64,000 nucleotides of DNA from Phyllobates terribilis (lineage: Eukaryota), in assembly GCF_046119375.1 (NCBI RefSeq), contig NW_027362767.1, positions 323,206,001 to 323,270,000 of the forward strand, written 5' to 3'. The position numbers were made by a program, and so were the translations under genes. Of this stretch, positions 1 through 28,354 are shown one piece after another. The notes below the pieces were generated by a model that was not told where the DNA came from, did not search any database, and saw only the letters and a program-made list of their open reading frames with translations. How positions within the stretch are numbered: the stretch's first letter is position 1; each line of letters starts with the position of its first letter.

Positions 1-599
1 CCACATAACATTAAAATAATATATACTTAACGCCCAGATCTGCCCCACTCCTTCAATGTCGGCACTGCGATTTAAAGCAGTCATGTTATGTGACCGCTGC
101 AGCCAATCAGCAGGCTGCAGTCTTTATTTCTTTCATCTGATGGAACTTTGAGTGCCGCAACCGATCAGCGACCACTAATTGGATGCAGCAGTCACTAGGC
201 ATGAACTCACATGGCTGATGAGAGCACTAACATTGTAGGGGCTATGTCAATTTGGGTGGTAATGGGCAACCCCTTTCATTTTGGTTACCAGTGCTGTTCA
301 TTTATGGCCAATAAATGGGCATGATCTGCAGAAGAGGCATGGCTTTTCACAAAAAAATTATCTCCCTGAAAGCAGATCTCAAAAGATGGCAAGTACTATT
401 CCTCATGCACGAAATACAAAACCACTGACAAAAAGTGTGGCATAAAACATGAGCATGGCACACAGCAAGCTGCTACTAGCCAGGTGCCAGGGCAATATGC
501 CCCTCCATGGCACAGAATGTATATCAGGATGTAATCCGTCAGCATAAAACACCCTTGTAAATCAGCCTCCATCCAACACAGAGACAGCCCCCTATAATG

Positions 600-711
600 G
601 TCCAATAATGGGTCGGCTGTGAGGAGAACGCCTCTTGCTTTGGACACACGTCGGCTTCCGTAGAAACCATTTCCGGTTCCTTGTAAACAACGTAGGGAGT
701 AGGTTGGCGCT
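600..711 (+). promoter_or_regulatory. Probable NKAP CpG-rich promoter/5' UTR
   Basis: CpG density rises from about 610. CCAAT at 602-606 and ETS-like ATTTCCGG at 669-676, directly upstream of the NKAP ATG. TSS not determinable. Confidence 0.45.
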
Positions 712-16772
<16,061 letters not shown>

Positions 16773-18364
16773 GACGACTTTTACAGTATTTTGTTGTACA
16801 TGGAGTCTATTTCCGAGCTCATCAAGAAAATCTGATGGAGCTTTTTTTTTTCCAATAAGAACTTCTTAAATTCCTTGTATATACCTAGATTCACACACAC
16901 GGCACAATAATTACAATCTTCTTTCTTCTAGCAAGTATTTTGTTCAGATTTAATATGGGAACACCATGGTCTGTTATGTTTTTAAATAACTTATTAAAAA
17001 AACAGCAAAATATTTTGTGATCTGATATTTGGGTTTAATTATTATTTTGGATTTCTGCAAAATTCCACAAGTTGTGTAGTATCACAGCTCAGTCACAATC
17101 TCTGTATGTAGTTTTTGATTTCTTATTACTAAAATGTTCCCTGGGGGCAGCTGTCTTGGAGACGCACACTTCTTTCCTGTCTATACACTAGACTGTGTGC
17201 ATGATTTATGGCAGCCGAAATACTTGGGAAGCAAATGACAGAGAAAAATGAGTGAACTGGTCCAGTCTCCAGGGACTGATGGAATACAGCCCTTTCCCTA
17301 GAGAACATGAGAGATGAATACAGACCTGTCCATCAGCCTTCTCTATTGAATCCAGCTGGAGGTGCTTTTCTGTTGGAGGCTGATGGACAGGTCTGGTTGG
17401 CACGCTCCTCCACCAGAGGTCATTAATAAACAAGAAAGATGCACTAATAAGTGAAGCAGTAGAACCTATAATACTTATACATTAATAAGTTCCACAAAAT
17501 CCCGTCCCAACACATATTTTTATAAATCAGATAAAGTGACAACCCCTTTAAATTTAGAATTGCCTTCTGAATAACTGGTTTTACAGTTAAGTCTCTGTAC
17601 ACACTACGCCTGAGCTATACGTTGGAGGCATACCTGGGGAGTATACCTCTAATGTAAAGCTCCAATATATGTCGCTCTATACCCATACAGCACATACATT
17701 TCCATTTTCAAACTTATACCATTCTGTACATGTAAAGCTCCATACACAACTGAATTTCAGCCAAACCTGCTGTTCGTTGTAGTTGGACAGATTACCTGTG
17801 TTCCTCTGTTATCCATACTTTTAAAGTGATGTTCCAAATAGCCGCCATACTACAGAATATATTGCAGAATAGCTTCAATATCGCACTGCCAATATGTTAT
17901 AAATCCTTTAATAAATAATGATGGGACACAACAGAAGGCATGAACGCTGTGTATGCAGAGCCGTACACTGACAGACCCTCTTTAAAAGGCAAATCCCATG
18001 ATTAATGTTACCTAAAATTCTCCAGTTGCAACAATTAAAAAAAATAAATAAATTAAGGCTCTTTCCCCATGGCTTATCCTCTGAGCTATATCTTTACAGC
18101 GGTAAATACTGCTGCAGAAAGTGTTTATTTTACGCACATTTCACATATACATTATAAAGAATAAAAAATGCTCTGACATCCACAGCAGAAACTGACACGT
18201 GTTGGATTTCAAGTCCGAAGCACAACAGGTGAATTACTACATTGGAATTTTTTAAAGCGTAAGAATGAAATTTAGTTCATTTTCATTCACAATATGGTAG
18301 ATTTTCTTCATGAGAATCTGCCGCAGAAAATTCTTTGCATTTACGCAACATTAAAACATACACA

Positions 18365-18715
18365 AAGGCAACGTTCCCATGATGGGTATTTGAGTTTTTG
18401 ATGTTGCAAATTCTCTGCACCTATTAGCTATATTAGGTTATTTGCATTTTTTACTTTTCTCTTACATGCGCATCGCATTTTTGATGCTACGGCTTGTCTT
18501 TTTGGTCTGTCATATTTTAAATGAAGCTGATTTTGTTTTGGATAATTCCTGGTACTTTGCATTGACAAAGCTGTGATACGGTCATGTGCGGATTACATGC
18601 TCTTATTGCACAGCATATGGGTGTGTTACCTGTGGATTTTCCCAATATAATGCAAGTCTATGGGGAAACTCTGCATAAAACTCAACGTACTCGCAAGAGA
18701 AATTGAGATGTTACA
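18365..18715. mobile_element. Degenerate MITE fragment, same family as 30153-30600
   Basis: Shares GAGTTTTTGATGTTGCA(A/G)ATT.TCTGCACCTATTA and ...AAACTCAA.GTAC.C..AAGAGAAATTGA blocks with the 30.2-30.6 kb copy. Boundaries approximate. Confidence 0.5.
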
Positions 18716-18821
18716 CAGTAATTGTTTGACATATTGTCCCGTGGCTCCATCCTTTCTTCAAATATGTTTTCTGCAAATCGTATGCTTTGGCATGAATGTC
18801 TTTAATGGGAATGGTGTGATA

Positions 18822-21800
18822 TTAAAATGTAATGCTGCGCATCATGATCAACTTGCTTTCAATTATGTCCTTCAGCCATTTTTCTCTGAATCTTGTCTGC
18901 CCAGGCCTGTAGAAAGTACAGAAGTAAAAAAATAAAATAAATAAATAAAATGTTCAATCAGATTGGCACTTAGTATAACTGAGTAATAAATTAAAAGTAG
19001 AAAATTGGTCTGCACTCTAAAATAAAGGGCATGTGCTGGAGGAGTAGGTTGTGGTCTCAATTCGTATATGAAAGAATATCCACCACACTCTCAAAATCAA
19101 TATTTCCAAGATACTTTTATTGATTAGTACATAGCAAAGAAATGTGAAACTAATTGGCGACAAAAATAAAGAGATGTTTCAACCTGTCCCGGGTCTTCAT
19201 CAAAAGGTCACAAAATATCTAAAATACATAATACAAAATGTACATAAGTATAATACAAAGCAAAATAAATATCTCCATGTATAAACAATGATAATAGAAG
19301 GCAAAAATTAAATATACATGATTTTTAGCATGGGAAGCAGTGGCGTAAGAGGAAGTGGTCACTGGAGAATTTTAAATGGTCCCATGTAGCAGTATTTAGT
19401 CCATGTATAACTTTCTATGTATACAGGTAAAGAACATTGAAATAGGTAAAGTATATATCGACTAGCAGTGCACTGGCTATAGTACAGGTAAGGGTGACCA
19501 TATATACTTTACCTGTTATATGTCTTATTTGAATGTTCTTTACCTGTATACATGGAAAGTTATACATGGACTAAATACTGTGTGGTAAAGCTGCTTGCTC
19601 GGCTGTACACGGAGATAGACACTGAACACTGTCCCTTTAAGTTTTAGGTTGGTTTATTAAAAACGTCATAAACCAACCTACAGTTCATAAAGTAAACACA
19701 GCCCATTCGGCATACCGGCAAAGCAACATAAAAAGATACAGCACAGTCCGTATATTGGCCTGGGTCCGGCCACTTGGTGTTAACCACACATGGTTCAGTT
19801 TTAGCACAACACATGCAAACTCCTCTCTGGAGCAAGCCTCTACAGATACTGAACCACACCCGAGTCCCAAGGCTGGCTATTTACAGCCCAGACCACACAC
19901 TGGGGTGGAGATATGGTGAATGGCCTCCCGCCCACACTACAGCCATTCACAACAAAACATGCCCTTTTATATATGGCTGATTAACCCTCTCTGCACTAAC
20001 CATGCAGGAGAAGACTTCCACGTTTGACATCACTGAAGCTAATAGCCTCAGTGAAACATATCTCCCCTCCAGTATTCTGCCAGTGACTTAGTACAATGTA
20101 GCAGTTGTGACAATCTAAAATGCTCCTCTGACCACTTCCTCGTGCTAAAGATCATGTATATTTAATTTTTCCATTCCATTATCATTGTTTATACATGGAG
20201 ATATTTATTTTGCTTTGTCTTGTATTCATGTATATTTTGTATTATGTATTTTCATTTTAGATATTCTGCGACCTTTTGATAAAGACCCTGGACGAGTCGA
20301 AGCATCTCTTTATTTTTGTCGCCAATCTCTCTCGTTTGGTTCACGTTTCTTTGATATGTACTAATCAATAAAAGTATATTGGAAATATCGATTTTTGAGA
20401 GTGCGGTTGGATATTCCTTCATATGAGTAATAAATTAGACGTATAGCCTGAAATGCTTGGTGTTGGCCTAAAGAGGCATTGAACAAGATGATCATGAACA
20501 AGTGTTGTTAAAAATGCTCATTTCATGATTATCTTGCCGTGTAAACAGGCTGCCGGTCACTCAATAAACTAGCAAAGCAAGACTCGCACTGAGCTATCAC
20601 AGACAGCTCCTGCCAGAGATTCTCCCGCTTCTGGTGACATCACGTTGACAGAGCAGCTTCTTCTCTTCCGCTCTGCTCTGTCACCGGAAAGTCACTGCTT
20701 ATGTCATGCTGATTGATAGCCGGCTCCCAGCTGCTAACCACCAATCTGTACGTTCTTTGCCTCGTACGAAAAAATAACCAAAGTCCCGGATAACCCTTTT
20801 AAGTATTTGAGGCACATATATCTGCACCAAAAACATGTCTCTTGGTAGGAAAAATTATAGCGTTTTTGCGTGGGTTTTTTTTTCCCCATTCATTTGAATG
20901 GGTGAATAAAGCTGAAAGAATGACATGCTGTAGATATGAAATCTGCAATGAGAAAATAAGCAGCATCTACATGAGATTTCCGAAATCTAATTCACTTTCC
21001 TGGTATTGTAGAATGCGTTTTTCATGGCAAAAATGCAACATGTGAACAAGCTCTATCCCTCCTCCAAATGTATAGATAACCAGACAACTGTTGAGGGTGA
21101 TGTCCCCACACAGTCCAACAACTGACCAATCAGTACCAACAATGCTAGACTTGGTTTCGCTAGAGGGAATGGTAACACCCATTTGTCAATTTATTCATTC
21201 ATTTTGAGAAAGAATAACAGTGTAATGACACAGTGCAGTTATAACAGGAAATGCTCCAGAATTGTTATATCATGGAGGGAAGAAGCATTTGACAAAATAC
21301 ATAAGTGAGTAGAGGAGCCAGAAAGGTACAATATTATCATCTTATACGTTACCTGTGAACGAGTCTGTTGGATTCAAAGACAAAGAAAACTTCAACGGGT
21401 GAAGTCTGAAAAATAAAACAAATTCAAATATTCAAGGAAGAAAAAAGTCTCAAGCCACCTGAGAAAGATACATAGATTACTTTTATGCCTATTGTTCTGT
21501 TTCCTAAATTCAAGATTTTAGTAAATCTGCAATTGTGCACTTGTATGGACTCAAAGTTAGTGTTTTCTAACCCCATAGCTGCATTCATAGCCACTGGCTT
21601 AGTAGGTACAGTCGCAATCACAATTATTCGACACCCTTCTCCCTTACTGTGAATTTGGTTTGGCAGCAAAATTTACAATCTTTCTATTTGCAATAAACCA
21701 ATCAAACAAGAACAATTTAAAAGGAACCTGTCACTTTAAAAAACGCTATTAATCTGCAGATATGGGGTTAATCTGCAGGTTAATAGTGTTCTGAACCTGC

Positions 21801-24800
21801 CTAGGGCCCGCACTGAGAGCCCCACTGCCGTGAAGATATTTACTTTATTTCCCCCGGCAGCGTTCGGCATTCAGTCATGGGGGCGGCACCGGAGCAGGAT
21901 CAGTCACCGCTCTGAGTATACAGGACGCCAGCTGTAACCATGCCCCCCAGCCCTGACTGATGGCCGGCTCTTATGCTGAGCTGCTGTCAGTCAGTGCAAG
22001 GAGTGTAGTTACAATCGTCGCTCTCTATACACAGAGCGGTGACTGATCCTGCACCAGTGGTGATGATGCATTACTATGAAAACCGGGGACTTGCTGAAGA
22101 CCCCGGCCATTGTCCTCTCGGTCCTCCTATGAAGCTCGGATATAGGCTGAGCTCCACTGGAAACATTCTTACCATACACTGCACTACTTTTGTAGTACAG
22201 TATATCTTATAAGCGATCAAAGGTACAAGTCCTCTAAAAGGACTGACAATGTTTAAAAAAAAAATAATAAATTATATAAAAAATCAAAAAATTCACCTCG
22301 CGAAAAACAAGCCTTCACTCAGCCCCATCAACAGAAAGATAAAAATATTATAGGTCTTGGAAAATGGTACACAACAACCCCCCCTTTTTTCACAATATTC
22401 TGAATTCTTTCTTATCACATGAATAGAAAAAAAATGCTGCATGTTTAGTATCGGCTTAATTGGACTGAACTGGTCCATTACGTTTCAAGCTCATTTTTAC
22501 CGCACAATGAATATTGTTAAATTAAAAAAAATGCAAGAATTGTATTTTTGTCACCATGTCATCTCACTTGGAATTTTTTCATGCTTTTCAGTAAATTATA
22601 TGGTATAATGATTATTTTTGCTGATGTACAGAATAGATATAATAATAATAAATATATGATATAATAATATATTCTCATGTGCACGTTTTAACAGGAACCA
22701 AGAAATACACGGGATTTCCAATACTCTCCAAAGAAAATCTGGAGTGTCGGTTTATTTATGGCCTTTATGAATATAGGCGTACTTATATAGAGCATGGCAG
22801 CTTCATATAATTCTATGAGGCTTTCACACTCAGATCAAGAGACCCGCAGCCAGTCTGTGCATTGTGTTCTGTGATCGGACCGAGAGCCACGGACATCTGC
22901 ATAACCCCTTACTCTCAATACCACAAATCATATGAGTTTAATACATTTTCCAGATAAATAATGTTATATATTCTACTCACAATGACAACGAGCAGAATTC
23001 AGCTCTGGGCTGAGTCTAGGGCATGAATGCTGCACTGTGTGAATGGCGCCTTGTAGCTGGTGCTGTAATTCACACTTTTCAATCAGTGTATTCCCCTTCA
23101 TTTACTGCGACGTGTATAAAATCCTTTGGCCTATGCCTTTGCCTCTGGATACCTCCATGTCTAGAGTTCACCATAAATGTTCTTTTGCTATTTTTCATCT
23201 TTTACTATAAGTATATGTGGTTCAGTAGTAGAATGATACTTACTAGACGTTTAATTTTGGAGATTTTTATGGTAAAGTAGACGCAGGCAGTGGCCCTGGG
23301 AATTGGCTTCCTACAGGTTGGGATACTCCATCTCATCCTATAATGGAAGAGTTTATTGAACTCCGTCTCTTCTTCTCTCAGGAAATCTGTACAGTACAGC
23401 CAGCTCTCATGGAATTCCCATGTCTGTCCACAACAAATGAGATTATTTTATTGTTTATTTATGCATGTCAAATAGAAATTGTAACTGTTGAATAAAGGGT
23501 TTGTACGAAATATATATTATCACCTATTAATAGGATAGGATAGGGGATAACCTATTAATTGCTGGTGCACTGACTACTGGGACCCCAACCAATCTCCAGA
23601 ATGGGACTCTCTAAACCCATGTCTGAATGGCACTGATGTCAAGCATGCGAACTCCATTCATCCTCTATGGGACCACCGGTGATAGCCGAGTAGTGGGCTC
23701 AGCAATTTCCCATACAGAATGAACGGAGCAGAGTTGTCCACGGTAGACCTCCACTGGAACCTGTGAATTTAGTTTCTTTGATTTATGTTACACTATCCAA
23801 TGGATGGTGTAAATGTGATCACAGCCATTACTGAAAAGGTAAAGGCCCACATACATAATAGATAAAAGTCAGCCTAATGAGTATGTTGACCTTAAAGGGG
23901 CTGTCCACTACTTGGACAACTCCTTCTCAATTCCTATGTATCTCCCTTGTAAAGTAATAACACCTATTCTCACTTCGGGTGTCGATGCTGTTCCAGCAGT
24001 GTCGCCGCTGACTCTCCCTGGGCTCGCATGACATTGTTATGTCATGTGATCCCTGCTGCCAATCAGCACTGGCATCATTCTCCTCACTTTCGAACAAATC
24101 ACATACATCCAGAGGAAGTGAGAGCTGCTGCTTTCTCACTTCCTCCCAATGTCACGGGAGAGCCAGTGCCGACACCGCTGGAACATCACCGGCACCGAAG
24201 GTGAGTATAGGTGTTATCGTTTTACAAGGGGGAAACATAGGGATTCAGAAGGGTTGTCCAACTAGTGGACAAGTCCTTTAAGGCCAGATGGTTTGGTTTT
24301 GATGCAGTCGAAATGTTACCAAAATCCAATTTGTAATGACATAAACCATATGGTTATGTCAATGGTTCTCTTTTCCATTAGATCTATGATATCACATGAT
24401 TAAAAACTGACTAGCTGAATCCTTCTAAGCTCTATGTAGAAACAGGAGGTCCATTTTCCCTGTATGACTCATCAGTCACTGCAAAAGTCCCTGACATGGG
24501 GAGGAGGGAGCAGCTGGGTCAGGAGATGAAGAGGGGTGTGATAAATGCAGGGAAAAGAGACTTCCTGTTTCTACATGGAGCAGAGAAAAGAGAAGAATTA
24601 GCTGGTAAAAAGGCAAAATGAGCAATTGTAAGTACACAGTGCTGTATCATATGATGACTGCAATATATTAAGATTCTAAAACTTTGATGGGAGGAGGAGG
24701 AGGAGGGCTTCTTTAATATGTGCTTGAATCTTACTGAGACATATTCTTCAATTTGTTTCTTTCCCAGCTCCACAGTGAAGTCCTGACAGGAGATCCACGG

Positions 24801-25035
24801 TATGTCCTTCACTTTATGCTCCTGCTCTAGAACAAGACATTATATATATTACTGTACTGAGCTGCAGATGCTTTCCTGCAGGTGAAATAAGCAGGTTCAT
24901 TGTACCTGTAAGCGATTCCTCTCCTTGCGCTGTTTGCAGGCTTCTCAGGCTCTCCTGGGCATTTCTCATGGCAGCTTCTACCAGCTCACAAGCTTTTGCT
25001 TTGAGTGCTGCAATGTACATTTCTTCAGAATCCAT
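18822..25035 (-). CDS. AKAP14: A-kinase anchoring protein 14 (AKAP28 family), 5 coding exons, 179 aa
   Basis: complement join(25035..24906,24826..24735,23423..23244,21405..21353,18906..18822) = 540 nt, GT-AG, phases consistent. Peptides KDIPWISCQDFTVELGKKQIEEYVS, WSIPTCRKPIPRATACVYFTIKISK, PVEVFFVFESNRLVHRPGQTRFREKWLKDIIESK match the AKAP14 pattern. Synteny with NKAP and NDUFA1. An acceptor at 25043/25042 implies an unseen upstream exon. Confidence 0.92.
19059..20431. mobile_element. About 1.4-kb element bounded by about 290-bp diverged inverted arms (Penelope-like), in AKAP14 intron 4
   Basis: 19059-19343 is a diverged reverse complement of 20132-20431. Each arm carries a TGATGAAGACC...GG(T/TC)GAAAC-like motif. 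Extra internal hairpin at about 19380-19590. Confidence 0.55.
23896..24277. mobile_element. T2/Kolobok-type MITE in AKAP14 intron 2
   Basis: TTAA flanks at 23892-95 and 24278-81. Termini AGGGGCTGTCCACTACTTGGACAAC / GGGTTGTCCAACTAGTGGACAAGTCCT, with internal sub-inverted repeats. Confidence 0.75.
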
Positions 25036-25189
25036 TTTACCCTGATATAAAAAAAAGAGACATTAGTATATTTATATTATGAAATCTCCTATGCTCATTT
25101 ATTCCTTTCTTTACTTGGCTGTCATGCACGTCAACCGTTTTACCTATTATCTTAGTGAGACCATCAGCTCTCATTGAAGAGATCCAAGA

Positions 25190-25326
25190 TCCAAACCAGA
25201 GAACCCAGAGGAAACCCACGCAAACAAAGGGAGAACATACAAACTCCTTGCAGATGTTGTCCTTGGTGGGATTTGAACCCAGGACCCCAGCACGGCAATG
25301 CTTATCACTGAGCCACCGTGCTGCCC
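25190..25326 (-). mobile_element. tRNA-derived SINE (V-SINE type), 3'-truncated
   Basis: Minus strand reads GGGCAGCACGGTGGCTCAGTG (A box)...GGTTCAAATCC (B box)...GGAGTTTGTATGTTCTCCCTTTGTTTGCGTGGGTTTCCTCTGGG (V-domain-like). Confidence 0.75.
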
Positions 25327-26218
25327 ATATATATAGTACAGTGCTAACCACTGAGCCTCCATGCTCCCCAACAATGTATTGATACTTATTTTCAAGGGGG
25401 AAAAAATGTGCAAACTAACTATTACAAGCCAAACCAGAAACCCATCTGTTACTTATAAAACATTAACTCATTTATAATAGTCTGTAAACTATAGGTAGAA
25501 TGGAGGAGATGGAAAATAGGATGCCACCGTGAGAGAATCCCCACTCCTAGTGCTGGCTGAGCCCTGGGTCCACAGAGCTGGGTGACTGGGGTATGCCAAC
25601 AAGCCAATTTGCCTTGGCATGGGCCATTTGATACATGGCTAGGGCAACAAATTTATTCTTCATGGGTGATAGAATACCTAGGTATGACTGCCAGGATCAT
25701 TCTGTGGACCTACATTTGTATGATTAAACTGTGGCATTTCCAAAAATATTAATATTAGTTTATCAGCATAATAATAAAACAATGTTGTGAGTTATTTTAT
25801 TATTGTACATTAACCATGATTGCAGGTAGCATCTATCTCATCCACTGTTCTTCCCATTCCTGCCCAATTTGGTGTTACATAAATGCATGGCATCAACACC
25901 GGTTGCACTACCAAACCTTGTAGTATGCCGCGGCTACATCGCAGCATAATGAATGGGGTCACATTACAATCAGCAAGGTAGTGTGACAAGTAACAAAAAA
26001 TCTGACTTTTTGCTACCTTTTTGGTGCAGGATGTTGTGTATTGCAATGCAATCCATTCACCTGCGTTACACTGTGATATAGCAGCGGCTTACAGTAATTT
26101 TTGACCACACGACCTTCGTCTTGAATAAAGTCGCTGTGTAGCCCCAGCCTAAGGCTGCCATCACAAGACCGTAATTTTTCTCATTCGAGAATTTTTTTCC
26201 GATTATGTTAATCACTTT

Positions 26219-26532
26219 CTGATCCGAATATGATCCGAGTGTGATCAGTGTGATCCGAGTGTGATCCGAGTGTGATCTGAGTGTGATCCGAGTGTGATCA
26301 GAGTGTGGTCCGAGAGTGATCAGTGTGATCCAAGTGTGATCCAAATGTGATCCAAATGTGATCCGAGAGTGATCAGTGTGATCCAAGTGTGATCCGAGTG
26401 TGATCCGAGTGTGATCAGTGTAATCCGAGTGTGGTCCGAGAGTGATCAGTGTGATCCAAGTGTGATCCAAATGTGATCCGAGAGTGATCAGTGTGATCCG
26501 AGTGTGATCCGAGTGTGATCCGAGTGTGATCA
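26219..26532. repeat. 10/11-bp tandem repeat (AGTGTGATCCG-like), probably inside a MITE spanning about 26153-26830
   Basis: Repeated GTGTGATCCGA / GTGATCAGT units. Degenerate TAAGGC...GCCGTTA termini flank it. Confidence 0.8.
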
Positions 26533-28354
26533 GATGAGAAGAAGATGGAGAAATAAATATTTCTCCATTCTGTCAGTTATAAAAATCGGGCTGCGCTGAG
26601 CTGTCATCAGAGTGCAGTCTGTTTTTTTCCATGGACTTATTAACTTGCATTGTCGAGTGCAATGTGATATATGGATGCAATCTGCATGCTGCAATTTTTC
26701 TCTTCGGACCGAGTCTGTCCGAGGAAAACTTCGGACATTTGCACAGCCCCATAGAATAACAGTCTGAGTGCGATCTGATGTTTTGTCAATTTGCACTCGG
26801 ACGGAGAATACGGTTGTCTGCACGAGCCGTTATGGTGAAAACCTTTTTTATGCAATATATCATCTAAACTACCCCCATACCACCCTCCTTACTAAGTACA
26901 TGTGCCAACAGCATTGGGGTCTTAAGTTTGCCCCAGACTGCACTGGATAGAAGCACAGGTCTGGAGCTCGATACCTAGTGATAATACCGGGCTTATATTC
27001 ATACCACCATCATTTCTATTTCCTTTTGTCTCAAGGCTGCACAGACCGCTGTCATTTAGGATTACTTTCCAGATACAGATGTAGCAGAGCTGAATTTGTC
27101 ATCTTTGTGATTGTGAATGATCTGTTATCACCGTAGATGGCACAATGGCATATCACAGCGAGGGGAGTAACGTGATGACATCGGCTCTGCTACATCGTGT
27201 TATACAGGGAGCAGAGAAGAATTTACAGGGGCTCCGATGTTACACTGGAGCAGAACCTGCAATAAAAGAAATACCTACCGGATTAGCCTCCTGCTTGTGG
27301 CATATGGCACAGCTTGTGCTGGGGACAGAGAAGTGTTTGAACACAGATGTAGCTATGGAGATGTGAGCACAAGCCAATGGCAGGCGGACTGCAGTCTCCA
27401 ATGCCTGGAGCGGTCACTGACAGCCAGGGCTTGGTCTGCTGCATGCTGACATCACAGCCAGCGCCCTCCTCCAGGAGCACCCGCCATATCTGTCACTCAG
27501 GCAGAGCTGATACATTGTGCTAGGCCCAGCGCACGGTGGGCTACAGATACGAGATAGCGTCAATATATCATAAATAACAAATACAGATCACATGTGATGT
27601 TTCAAGGACATGGCTCTCAATCAGTTATATGATAATAAGTCCCAGTATGATCTGCATATGGAACCCCAAAAATCATGAAGGGACTGTTACATATTTCTGA
27701 TATATTGACGCTATCTCTGTTTGGCCCTTTGTGATGTTTATATATAGGGTGCCATATACTACACCTAACAGGTGTACCCACCTTTCCTTCATCTGTATCC
27801 CCCCTTTATATTGATATTTTATTATATTATTTTTTATGGTTTAGAAAGATATTTTTAAGCCATTTTTTAAGAAGTTCTTTTATTTTGGTGATGCTGTTTG
27901 TTTATGCTTCTTTTTTGGCTATAATTATTATGAATTGAGGATTTTTTTGGTGTCATCGCATCACAACGTAGTAATATGTCCTAAAGTAAACTGTATGACT
28001 CGGGCGACTAACTTGTAAGGGCCCTAAATGGTCCTTTTATCTTTACCTTTAATTGGTCTGGAGGGAAAGCGGCATCATGTAAGGTACAACTACCCTCACT
28101 GAGTGATGTCACAGAGGGAGCGGGGCTGTGTGACCTATAATGTGCCGGGTGATCCCAGGAGCTGACAATTCTTCATTCCCAGCTGTCTGTTATAAGGACT
28201 AGAGAAGGAGTTGTCCCTGCATTCCGGAAACTATAGCAGAATTATTTCTAATATTAATAAAAAGGTTATTGGAGGTAGACCCCTCCTGTGCTAAGATTCT
28301 CTGATGAATATACTTGATTTCTTGATAATAAATAATAATAATAAAAAATATATA

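Noticed and set aside
16773-18821. Possible overlap of convergent NKAP and AKAP14 3' UTRs
   Set aside because: Candidate poly(A) signals for NKAP (about 16993, 17426) and AKAP14 (about 18124-29, minus) would leave them non-overlapping. No evidence without transcripts.
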